This document shows, piece after piece, positions 49,388 through 57,437 of a stretch of DNA of 57,437 bases. Position 1 is the first letter of the stretch, and each line of letters opens with the position of its first letter. The stretch covers positions 1-57,437 of the forward strand of contig JBBIIG010000026.1 of the NCBI GenBank assembly GCA_037446635.1, given 5' to 3'. A program made the position numbers and the translations under genes. Below the pieces are notes generated by a model, which was given only the letters and a program-made list of their open reading frames with translations, was not told where the DNA came from and searched no databases. Origin of the DNA: a bacterium. GTDB taxonomy: Bacteria > Zhuqueibacterota > Zhuqueibacteria > Oceanimicrobiales > Oceanimicrobiaceae.

Positions 49388-49552
49388 CGCAGAGAGCAAA
49401 GTGCATAGCCTACGCGAGTGCGATGAGCGTAAACGGAGAACAAGGAACGCAGCTCGCTCCCGAATCCTTCACTTCGTGCTTTTTGTCTTACTCTTTCGCT
49501 CTACGCTATTTCGCTACTCGAGCGACATGCGCTATGCGCTTTGCTCTCTGCG
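49388..49552. repeat. Heptamer-based inverted repeat element overlapping the yggS 3' end
   Basis: CGCAGAGAGCAAAGTGCATAGC at 49388 and its reverse complement (21/22) at 49531. Confidence 0.7.
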
Positions 49553-50191
49553 TCCAAACAACTTCGTCCCGATGCGAATCATGTTCGCCCCTTCTTCAAT
49601 GGCAATGAGATAACTATCACTCATCCCCATCGAAAGAAACTTCATCTCGACATTGGGCAGATTTAATTTTTCGATGCGCTCGAAAATAAGGCGCGTGGTT
49701 TTGAAGTAGGGCCGATACTCTTCGGGATGATCGAGAATGGGGCCCATCGTCATCAAGCCCTGCACGCGCAGATTTTTGAACGCGCTCAATTGCGCGGCCA
49801 ATTCCTCGACTTGTTCCGGGAGAACGCCGGCTTTGTTTTGCTCGCGGCCGCTGTTGACTTCAATCAGCACCGGCATCACTTTGCCCATCTCGGCGCAGCG
49901 GCGATCGACTTCTTCCGCCAATCGAACTGAATCCAGCGTTTCGATCATATCAAATAATCTCACCGCTGGCTTGACTTTGTTGCGCTGGAGATGCCCGATC
50001 ATGTGCCACTGGACGATCTTGCCAATCGCGTCGAACATGCGCTGCGCTTCCTGCACGTAGTTATAACCTAAGATTTTAATGCCCGCGCGAATTGCGGCGC
50101 GGACTTCATCCAGCGTGCGCGTTTTGGCGGCGGCGACAACAGTAACGTACGGCGGCAGATCATTCAGGAAATTTGTAATTTGCTCAATCAA
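49532..50191 (-). CDS. yggS: YggS-family PLP-homeostasis protein
   Basis: WHMIGHLQRNK; GLMTMGP; LSMGMSDSY; IRIGTKLFG. Confidence 0.93.
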   Translation of the reverse strand: MIEQITNFLNDLPPYVTVVAAAKTRTLDEVRAAIRAGIKILGYNYVQEAQRMFDAIGKIVQWHMIGHLQRNKVKPAVRLFDMIETLDSVRLAEEVDRRCAEMGKVMPVLIEVNSGREQNKAGVLPEQVEELAAQLSAFKNLRVQGLMTMGPILDHPEEYRPYFKTTRLIFERIEKLNLPNVEMKFLSMGMSDSYLIAIEEGANMIRIGTKLFGRREQSA

Positions 50192-50348
50192 CGTAATTCC
50201 ATCGCGAGATTATTTAAAATATATAAATGTGGGAGCAGTAGTCAAACGAATTTTTCGTCTCAACACGGCGCTGGTTTTCAGAAAAGTCTTGACATTTTTT
50301 GATCAAAGTCGTATTTGTTATTAGCCGCTTTAATTTGAAAGTTTTCTA

Positions 50349-50690
50349 ATGCAAAATTTTATTGCCACAAGTCCTTTTCCCGAGCTGGAACTGTTGTGTT
50401 TTTTTTCGTTGAGTCAAACCGGCTGGGCCATGGCGTTCATGATTTGGCAGCTTTTAAGCGTGAGCGTTCATTCTCTCCAGCGCTCCGCTCAAAACATGCC
50501 GGTATTAGTAAGAGAGCTGCGGCTGTGGGAAATGGGCTGGCGGCTCACATTGCAAACGGAGTGCAATCGCATTTATTTTTATCCGCTCTTAAGCGCCCAC
50601 TATCTTCTCCTACGCGACGGCCACGATATTTTTGATTTCTTCAAAACCTTCCTGCTCAATGATGTTTCTCCTCCCGCTTTAGCGGTTTGA
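50349..50690 (+). CDS. Possible hypothetical protein
   Basis: 113-aa ORF in AT-richer intergenic region, ends SPPALAV; no recognisable motif. Confidence 0.3.
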   Translation: MQNFIATSPFPELELLCFFSLSQTGWAMAFMIWQLLSVSVHSLQRSAQNMPVLVRELRLWEMGWRLTLQTECNRIYFYPLLSAHYLLLRDGHDIFDFFKTFLLNDVSPPALAV

Positions 50691-50778
50691 TTACTGTTTG
50701 AGATTCGGGGCAGTCAGTATTTTTTGATTTGACATCCCCAAAGTTCAGCGATCACCTCTTGTTGAAAGGAGTAACATC

Positions 50779-50976
50779 ATGAGCAAACGAAAAAAACGCT
50801 TCGAAGCAAAGACTTCCGCACACGACGCTGCGGTCAAAGATCAGCCCGAGATCGTGGAGCAGAAACTGGAGGCGGACGGCGCGACCGCCAAAAAAGAAGT
50901 TAGCGGCGTCTGGGCGCTGCTGTTGTTTGCCGGATTTCTACTGCTGATTTTTTTGTTAGAGTTTCTGGGACGATAG
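50779..50976 (+). CDS. Small protein with C-terminal TM helix
   Basis: AAGGAG RBS; basic N-terminus; hydrophobic tail. Confidence 0.65.
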   Translation: MSKRKKRFEAKTSAHDAAVKDQPEIVEQKLEADGATAKKEVSGVWALLLFAGFLLLIFLLEFLGR

Positions 50977-51110
50977 GCGCTTCGGCATGTTCATTGGATT
51001 CCGAGGGTCGAAACGAAATTATGCAGCCTCACGGCCGCCTTTGCGCCGAGTCTAAAGGATTGGCTGGCCAAGAGGACCATGTTGATTTTATTCCCTAACA
51101 TCAAACCGCT

Positions 51111-51557
51111 TCAGCGGGTCTTCCTGGGCTTCTTGCTTCCTTTCCGCTTCGACTTGCGAGCGAATTCCAGCAGCGATTGCTCACTTAACGCGCTCACGAT
51201 CTGCTCGCGGATATCTCGCCACTGAGAATGAATGGAGCAGGGGTTGCGTTCGCTGCACTCGTCTAATCCCAGCGCGCACTCCTCCGTTAAGGTTGGCCCA
51301 TCGATGATGCTCACCACCTCTAACAACGAAATCTTTTCCAACGGTCGGGCAAACGAAAATCCGCCGCCTCGCCCTTTCGTTGAAGTCAGGATTCCGTGCT
51401 TAACCAAAGTTTGAAAGGTCTTGGCCAGAAACGGCGCCGGGGTTTCGCTCAGCTCGGCCAGCTCTTGCACCGTCCAAAATGTTTTCTCGGGATGACTCGC
51501 CATTTCCATTAATCCCCGCAACGCGTATTCGCAACCGCGACTAAACAGCACGGACAT
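51111..51557 (-). CDS. Rrf2-family Fe-S transcriptional regulator
   Basis: CEYALR; FLAKTFQTL; STKGRGGGF; CALGLDECSERNPCSIH. Confidence 0.92.
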   Translation of the reverse strand: MSVLFSRGCEYALRGLMEMASHPEKTFWTVQELAELSETPAPFLAKTFQTLVKHGILTSTKGRGGGFSFARPLEKISLLEVVSIIDGPTLTEECALGLDECSERNPCSIHSQWRDIREQIVSALSEQSLLEFARKSKRKGSKKPRKTR

Positions 51558-51680
51558 ATATCGGTTCCTCCCTTAAATGTAGAGCGCATCGAGCAGGGCA
51601 AAGCTTTAATTGTATCATTTTCAAAATCCGTTGATTATTCAAACTAATATAAAAAGAGAAACGAAAAGCGCAACTTAAAA

Positions 51681-51742
51681 TCGGATAAAAAAATCTTAAA
51701 AAAGTGCTTTAAATTAGTTAATAATAAGACAAATTAATCCGA
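51681..51742. promoter_or_regulatory. Two inverted copies of a TCGGA-N8-TCTTA site, candidate Rrf2 operators
   Basis: TCGGATAAAAAAATCTTA (51681-98) and TAAGACAAATTAATCCGA (51725-42). Confidence 0.55.
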
Positions 51743-51787
51743 TTAAAACCTGGGACGATAATTCTCACTTACAATCAAAGAAACCAA

Positions 51788-52129
51788 TTGAAGATGCAAG
51801 AAAAGGAAACAAGTGGTCTTTCAGCAAAAGTAAGCTGCATGATTGAGCTTTTAGGTTATCAGGAAGAAGCCGTCGTCAGTCGTACCCTGATCAAAAAAGA
51901 AACCGGCAACGTGACCCTGTTTGCATTTGCCAAAGTCCAGGAGCTGAGCGAACACACCGCCCCCTTCGACGCCCTGGTGCACGTCCTCGACGGCCAAGCC
52001 GAGGTGACGATCTCCGGCAAGCCCTTTCACTTGAGTGCCGGCGACATGATCGTTATGCCGGCCAACGAGCCGCACGCGCTGAAGGCAGTTGAGAATTTTA
52101 AGATGGTGCTGACGATGATTCGATCATAG
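51788..52129 (+). CDS. Cupin-domain protein
   Basis: TLFAFAK.QELSEHTAPFDA; MPANEPHAL. Confidence 0.88.
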   Translation: MKMQEKETSGLSAKVSCMIELLGYQEEAVVSRTLIKKETGNVTLFAFAKVQELSEHTAPFDALVHVLDGQAEVTISGKPFHLSAGDMIVMPANEPHALKAVENFKMVLTMIRS

Positions 52130-52218
52130 ATTAGGGAGGGGATGTCATGCTCGAATGCTTTTGTCGGGCATCCATCACCCGTATAATCTGATTCTGAACA
52201 CAAACGAAGGGTAATACT

Positions 52219-53826
52219 ATGAAGCTGCGCTGGTTGATGGCGATTTTGCTATTGCCGCTTTTGTGGTTACTCAGTTGTACCTCGAAAAAAACCGAAGATC
52301 TCACGCCCGGCCCCATTGCATTCGACCTTCTCCCCACTACCACAATCAGTTCCTCACCGTCTCTGCTTACAACTGGAAAGAAAATTTACGACCAACAGTG
52401 TGCGCCCTGCCACGGCCTCGATGGCAAGGGCGAGGGCGAAGCCGCATACCTGCTCTATCCCAAGCCGCGCGATTTCGTAGCCGCCCAATATCGTCTCGTC
52501 TCAACCTGGGAGCGCGTTCCCACCGACGAAGATTTGTACTTCACCATCTCGCGCGGCATCCCTGGCTCGGCCATGCCATCGTGGGCGCACCTGCCGGAAG
52601 AAACCCGTTGGGCGCTCGTGCACTACATCAAATCCTTCGCGCAAAAACCATTTGCGGCAACCACTACCGAAAGTAGTGGCGGCAAAGGTATCATCAGAGT
52701 TCCTGCAGAGCCGGCGTATGATGATTCCGCGCAAGCTCGCGCCAAGATGATGTTTGCGCAGGCGTGCGCTCCGTGCCACGGCGCCACCGGCAAAGGCGAC
52801 GGCGTGCAGCTGCAATTCGATGACAAGGGTCTGCCTACTCGTCCCCGCGATTTGACGCAGGGAATTTTCAAAGGCGGCGCCGAGCCGGAACACATTTATC
52901 GCCGCATTGTCGCGGGCCTCCCCGGTTCACCCATGCCCATGAGCGATTGGGCCTACGGCGACGACGCCTGGCACCTCACCCATTTCGTGCTATCCCTTTC
53001 CAGCCCGCAGCAGCGCGAGCGGGTGGAAATGAAAAAATTCCGCATTGTGGCGCGGCGGGTGGATGACATCCCCGAGCATCCGGACGCCGGCGTGTGGCGC
53101 GACGGCGAAGGCGTGAATCTCCACATGATGCCCCTGTGGTGGCGCGACGACCGCCCCGAAATTCTCAACGTGAAAGCCGTGCACGACGGCAAGCAATTGG
53201 CCATTCGTTTGATGTGGGCAGATGAGTCGCATGATCACACTGCCATCCGTGTGCAGGACTTCCGCGACGCCGCGGCCGTGGAATTTGCGCTCAATGACGA
53301 CCCGCCCTTCTTCGGCATGGGCGAGCGCGGCCAGTTCGTCAACCTGTGGATGTGGAAGTCCGAACGTCAGGCCGACCTCGAGCCGGCGTTTCAGGATATC
53401 GACAAAGTTTATCCCAACATCGGCATCGATTCGTACCCCAACTCCATGCGCTCGGCGCTGGAGCAGCCCACGCGCAACGCGCTCACTCTCGCCTCCGATC
53501 CGACTTACATCACCGGCTGGGGCGCGGGCAACATCGTTTCGGATCCACTGCGTCAAAGCGCTGCCGAGGATTTGCAGGCGCAGGGTTTTGGCACACTGAA
53601 AGCGCGGCCGCGTCCCGATCAGCAGGTGATAGCAAAAGGAGTCTATGATGTCGGCACCTATCGCGTGGTGCTGCGCCGCGCGTTTAATTCTAACGGCAAA
53701 AACAGCGTCAACCTCAGGCCCGGCAAAGTGGTGCCGGTGGCGTTCGCGGTGTGGAACGGTAGCGCCGGCGATCGCGATGGCAAGAAGTCGGTAACCATCT
53801 GGCAAGAGCTTGTAATTGAAGAATAG
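52219..53826 (+). CDS. Lipoprotein: diheme cytochrome c fused to a type II DMSO-reductase heme-b (EbdC-like gamma) domain
   Basis: LLSC lipobox; two CAPCH motifs; GSAMPSW, GSPMP; DAAAVEF..FGMG; VAFAVWNGSAGDRDGKK. Confidence 0.85.
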   Translation: MKLRWLMAILLLPLLWLLSCTSKKTEDLTPGPIAFDLLPTTTISSSPSLLTTGKKIYDQQCAPCHGLDGKGEGEAAYLLYPKPRDFVAAQYRLVSTWERVPTDEDLYFTISRGIPGSAMPSWAHLPEETRWALVHYIKSFAQKPFAATTTESSGGKGIIRVPAEPAYDDSAQARAKMMFAQACAPCHGATGKGDGVQLQFDDKGLPTRPRDLTQGIFKGGAEPEHIYRRIVAGLPGSPMPMSDWAYGDDAWHLTHFVLSLSSPQQRERVEMKKFRIVARRVDDIPEHPDAGVWRDGEGVNLHMMPLWWRDDRPEILNVKAVHDGKQLAIRLMWADESHDHTAIRVQDFRDAAAVEFALNDDPPFFGMGERGQFVNLWMWKSERQADLEPAFQDIDKVYPNIGIDSYPNSMRSALEQPTRNALTLASDPTYITGWGAGNIVSDPLRQSAAEDLQAQGFGTLKARPRPDQQVIAKGVYDVGTYRVVLRRAFNSNGKNSVNLRPGKVVPVAFAVWNGSAGDRDGKKSVTIWQELVIEE

Positions 53827-53836
53827 CGTTCGGGGA

Positions 53837-54043
53837 AATGGATTAATGGATTAATGGATCAATGGATCAATGGATCAATGAACGATTCCATCCCTTGAAG
53901 GGATGGAATCGTTGCGCGTCTCGTTTGCTGTTGTGAATTCAAAATGCAAGATCACAAAAAACAAAATTCACATTTTCGTCTCACGTCTGACGTCTCACGT
54001 TTTACTGATCCATTGATCCAGTAATCCAGTAATCCAGCACTCC
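53837..54043. repeat. Inverted octamer arrays enclosing a palindrome and heptamer repeats
   Basis: (AATGGATY)x5 at 53837; complementary array 54004-54043; palindrome 53881-53913; CGTCTSA repeats at 53977. Confidence 0.8.
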
Positions 54044-54076
54044 AATAAGCAAACTCCGAAACGATAGGAGAAACAA

Positions 54077-57000
54077 ATGGACGAGAAAATCTTCGAGCAC
54101 TTTGGTGAAATGGATCGTCGGAAATTCTTGCGCTGGTTGGGAATGAGCACTGGCGCGGCAGTGGTGAGCATAAACCTGCCGCTGAAACTGCTCGCCGCAA
54201 CGAATCCTGATCAGAATCCGCTCGCCGGTGCCGTGAATCGTGATTGGGAAAAAATCTACCGCGACCAGTACAAGTACGATTCGTTTTTCGACTGGGTGTG
54301 TTCGCCTAACGACACCCACGCCTGCCGCGTGCGCGCGTACGTTCGCAACGGCATCGTCACGCGTCTCGGTTCCACGTATGATTATCAAAATTACAAGGAC
54401 CTTTACGGCAATCACGCCACTCACAACTGGAATCCGCGTCAATGTGCCAAAGGCTTCACTTTCCATCGCGTGATTTACGGGCCGTATCGCCTCAAGCATC
54501 CCATCGTGCGCAAAGGCTGGCTGGCGTGGGCCAACGCCGGGTTCCCGGAGCTGACGCCGGAGTTGAAATCGAAATACAAATTCGACAGCCGCGGCGATGA
54601 TGAGTTCATTCAAATCGCATGGGAAGATGCGTTCGATAACATCGCCAAAGCGCTGCACGCTATCGCGAAGCGCTATAGCGGCGAAGAAGGCAAGAAGCGT
54701 TTGCTGGCACAGGGCTATCAACCCGAGATGGTGGAGGCCACCAAAGGCGCCGGCACCCGCTGCATCAAAATGCGCGGCGGCATGGGACTGTTGGGCGTCA
54801 TCGGCAAATATGGGATGTATCGTCTCAACAACTCGCTGGCGCTGCTGGACGCCAAAATCCGCGGCGTCGGCCCGGATCAGGCGTTGGCCGGCCGCAATTT
54901 CTCCAATTACACCTGGCACGGCGATCAGGCGCCGGGGCATCCGTGGGTGCACGGTCTGCAAACTTCGGACTGCGATTTCAACGACCTGCGCTTCTCCAAG
55001 CTCATCATCATGGACGGAAAAAATTTGGTGGAGAACAAGCTCACCGATTCCCACTGGTTCATCGAGTGCATGGAGCGCGGCGCGAAGATCGTGGTGATCG
55101 CGCCGGAGTACGGTCCGCCCTCCACTAAAGCCGACTACTGGATTCCGATCCGTCCCGCCACCGACGCGGCGTTGTGGCTGGGCGTCACCAAAATCATGAT
55201 CGACAATAAATGGTATGATGAAAATTTTGTGAAGAAATTCACTGACTTCCCGCTGCTAATTCGCAAAGATAATCTCAAGCGGCTGCGCGCCCACGAAGTG
55301 TTTCCAAATTACAAAAGCGATCTCTCACCCGATGGCCCGTCGATGAAAATTCAGGGATTGAAAAAAGAGCAGCACGAAAAGTTGGGCGACTACGTGATTT
55401 GGGATGAAAAAGAAAATCGCGCCAAAGCCGTCACCCGCGACGACGTCGGCGAAACGATGGTGAAGAAAAATATTCAGCCGGCGCTGGTCGGCAATTTCAA
55501 AATCAAATTAGTCGATGGCAAAGAAATCGAAGTGATGACGCTGTGGAGTCTCTATCAAATTCATTTAAAAGATTACGACATCGACACCGTGTGCGACATC
55601 ACGCACGCGCCGAAAAAATTGGTGCAGCAATTGGCCGAAGACATCGCGACCATGAAGCCGGTAGCCATTCATCAGGGCGAGGGCATCAACCACTGGTTCC
55701 ACGCCACCGAGATGAACCGCGCCGCGTATCTGCCGCTAATGCTCACTGGCAACATTGGACTGCCCGGCGCCGGCTGTCACACGTGGGCTGGCAATTACAA
55801 AGCCGCGCTCTTTCAAGGCTCGCCGTGGACCGGGCCCGGCTTCAAAGGCTGGGTGGCCGAAGATCCCTTCGAACCCAATCTTGATGAAAACGCCAGCGGC
55901 AAAGATGTCAAAACTCATGCCTACACCAAAGACGAGGAGCCGGCGTATTGGAATCACGGCGACAAAGCGCTGATTGTGAATACGCCGAAATACGGCCGCA
56001 AAAATTTCACCGGCGAAACCCACATGCCCACGCCCACCAAAGCGCTGCTGTTCAACAACGTCAATCTCATCAACAACGCCAAGTGGGTGTATGAGATGAT
56101 CAAAAACGTCAACCCGAACATCGAGATGATCGTCTCGTTCGATATTCAGATGACCGCGTCCATCGAATACGCGGACCTCGCGCTGCCGGCCAACTCGTGG
56201 CTGGAGTTCGAGGATTTGGAAATCACCGCGAGCTGCTCGAATCCATTTCTGCAAATCTGGAAAGGCGGCATCCCGCCGGTGTTCGACAGCAAAGACGACC
56301 TCGCCATCATCGCCGGCATCGCCAAAAGTTTGGCAAAGGTGACCGGCGACACCCGCTTCACCGATTATTTCAAATTCGAATACGAAGGCAAGCGCAGCGT
56401 TTACATCCAGCGCTTGTTGGATACCAGCACCACAACCTCCGGCTACAAGCTGAAGGATATCATGGCCGGCAAATACGGGCCGCCGGGAGGCGCGCTGATG
56501 CTGTTCCGCACCTATCCGCGCATTCCGTTTTACGAGCAGATCAAAGACAGCGAGCCGTTCCACACGGACACCGGGCGCCTCCACGCCTACGCTGACGTCC
56601 CCGAGGCCATCGAGTACGGCGAGAATTTCATCGTGCATCGCGAGGGACCGGAAGCCACGCCGTACTTGCCCAACGTCATCGTCAGCTCCAATCCATTCAT
56701 TCGTCCTGATGATTACGGCATCCCGGCGACAGCACAGCACTGGGACGAGCGCACGGTGCGCAACATCAAAATGCCGTGGAGCAAAGTGAAGACGACGAAA
56801 AACTTTCTGTGGGAAAAAGGCTTCCAATTTTATTGCCTGACGCCGAAAACCCGCCACCGCGTGCACAGCAGTTGGTCGAACGTCGATTGGCACATGCTGT
56901 ACGATTCCAACTTCGGCGATCCGTACCGCCTCGACAAACGCGCGCCCAGCATCGGCGAGCACCAGCTGCACATCAATCCGCAGGCGGCGCGCGATCTCGG

Positions 57001-57437
57001 CATCAACGACGGCGATTATGTTTACGTCGATGCTAACCCGGCGGATCGGCCGTACATCGGCGCGAAGCCGGGAGATTTCTTCTATCGCGTCTCGCGCTGC
57101 ATGTTGCGGGTGAAATACAATCATGCCTATCCCTACAACATCGTGATGATGAAACACGCGCCGTTCATCGCTACTGAGAAAAGCGTGCGCGCCCACGAGA
57201 CGCGTCCCGACGGGCGGGCGTTGTCGGCGAACACGGGCTATCAGGCCAACTTGCGCTACGGCTCACAGCAGTCCATCACCCGCAACTGGCACATGCCGAT
57301 GCACCAGACCGACAGCCTGTTTCACAAAGCCAAAGCGTTCATGGGATTCATCTTTGGCGGCGAAGCGGATAATCATGCGGTGAACACGGTACCGAAAGAA
57401 ACACTGGTGCGCGTGACCAAAGCCGAAGACGGCGGAA
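54077..57437 (+). CDS. nxrA: Tat-exported type II molybdoenzyme alpha subunit, Nitrospira/anammox-type nitrite oxidoreductase/nitrate reductase-like; 3' end outside window
   Basis: Manual translation: AGGAG RBS; MDRRKFL Tat motif; WEKIYRDQYKYD; CSPNDTHAC..NPRQCAKG; NYTWHGDQAPGHP; GEGINHWFH; about 1120 open codons. Confidence 0.88.
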   Translation, partial: MDEKIFEHFGEMDRRKFLRWLGMSTGAAVVSINLPLKLLAATNPDQNPLAGAVNRDWEKIYRDQYKYDSFFDWVCSPNDTHACRVRAYVRNGIVTRLGSTYDYQNYKDLYGNHATHNWNPRQCAKGFTFHRVIYGPYRLKHPIVRKGWLAWANAGFPELTPELKSKYKFDSRGDDEFIQIAWEDAFDNIAKALHAIAKRYSGEEGKKRLLAQGYQPEMVEATKGAGTRCIKMRGGMGLLGVIGKYGMYRLNNSLALLDAKIRGVGPDQALAGRNFSNYTWHGDQAPGHPWVHGLQTSDCDFNDLRFSKLIIMDGKNLVENKLTDSHWFIECMERGAKIVVIAPEYGPPSTKADYWIPIRPATDAALWLGVTKIMIDNKWYDENFVKKFTDFPLLIRKDNLKRLRAHEVFPNYKSDLSPDGPSMKIQGLKKEQHEKLGDYVIWDEKENRAKAVTRDDVGETMVKKNIQPALVGNFKIKLVDGKEIEVMTLWSLYQIHLKDYDIDTVCDITHAPKKLVQQLAEDIATMKPVAIHQGEGINHWFHATEMNRAAYLPLMLTGNIGLPGAGCHTWAGNYKAALFQGSPWTGPGFKGWVAEDPFEPNLDENASGKDVKTHAYTKDEEPAYWNHGDKALIVNTPKYGRKNFTGETHMPTPTKALLFNNVNLINNAKWVYEMIKNVNPNIEMIVSFDIQMTASIEYADLALPANSWLEFEDLEITASCSNPFLQIWKGGIPPVFDSKDDLAIIAGIAKSLAKVTGDTRFTDYFKFEYEGKRSVYIQRLLDTSTTTSGYKLKDIMAGKYGPPGGALMLFRTYPRIPFYEQIKDSEPFHTDTGRLHAYADVPEAIEYGENFIVHREGPEATPYLPNVIVSSNPFIRPDDYGIPATAQHWDERTVRNIKMPWSKVKTTKNFLWEKGFQFYCLTPKTRHRVHSSWSNVDWHMLYDSNFGDPYRLDKRAPSIGEHQLHINPQAARDLGINDGDYVYVDANPADRPYIGAKPGDFFYRVSRCMLRVKYNHAYPYNIVMMKHAPFIATEKSVRAHETRPDGRALSANTGYQANLRYGSQQSITRNWHMPMHQTDSLFHKAKAFMGFIFGGEADNHAVNTVPKETLVRVTKAEDGG

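Noticed and set aside
54002..57196. Minus-strand ORFs of 350 and 486 aa
   Set aside because: Antisense shadows of the nxrA-like gene
54077..57437. Claim that the organism is a nitrite oxidiser
   Set aside because: NXR/NAR enzymes are reversible and the partner genes lie outside the window

Overview
A bacterial chromosomal window. T9SS-type C-terminal domains, PorV, a GWxTD protein, SusC/D and canonical Shine-Dalgarno sites suggest an FCB-superphylum organism such as KSB1 or Calditrichota; this taxonomy is inferred. From left to right it holds: (1) a 2020-aa propeller/4xGAF hybrid histidine kinase; (2) a ~23.5 kb minus-strand LacI-led starch/maltodextrin locus with two GH13 enzymes and a MalEFGK-type ABC transporter, whose outer-membrane module has no SusD and instead encodes a TonB receptor, a 1214-aa CTD-bearing protein, a PorV-family barrel and a repeat-containing T9SS cargo, plus a PPIase and an SGNH-TPR protein; (3) tRNA-Met, phhB and a PAS kinase/REC/REC-EAL cluster; (4) ACT, Dabb and an Mre11/Rad50-like (YhaO/YhaN) pair; (5) a plug lipoprotein, GWxTD protein and SusC/SusD cluster with a candidate sigma54 promoter and antisense sRNA; (6) nnr and yggS; (7) Rrf2, a cupin, a diheme-c/heme-b fusion and a Tat-exported Nitrospira/anammox-type NxrA-like molybdoenzyme that runs off the right end and is missing from the ORF track. 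The window also carries many families of small palindromic or short tandem repeats, some nested inside each other and some inserted in frame into proteins.
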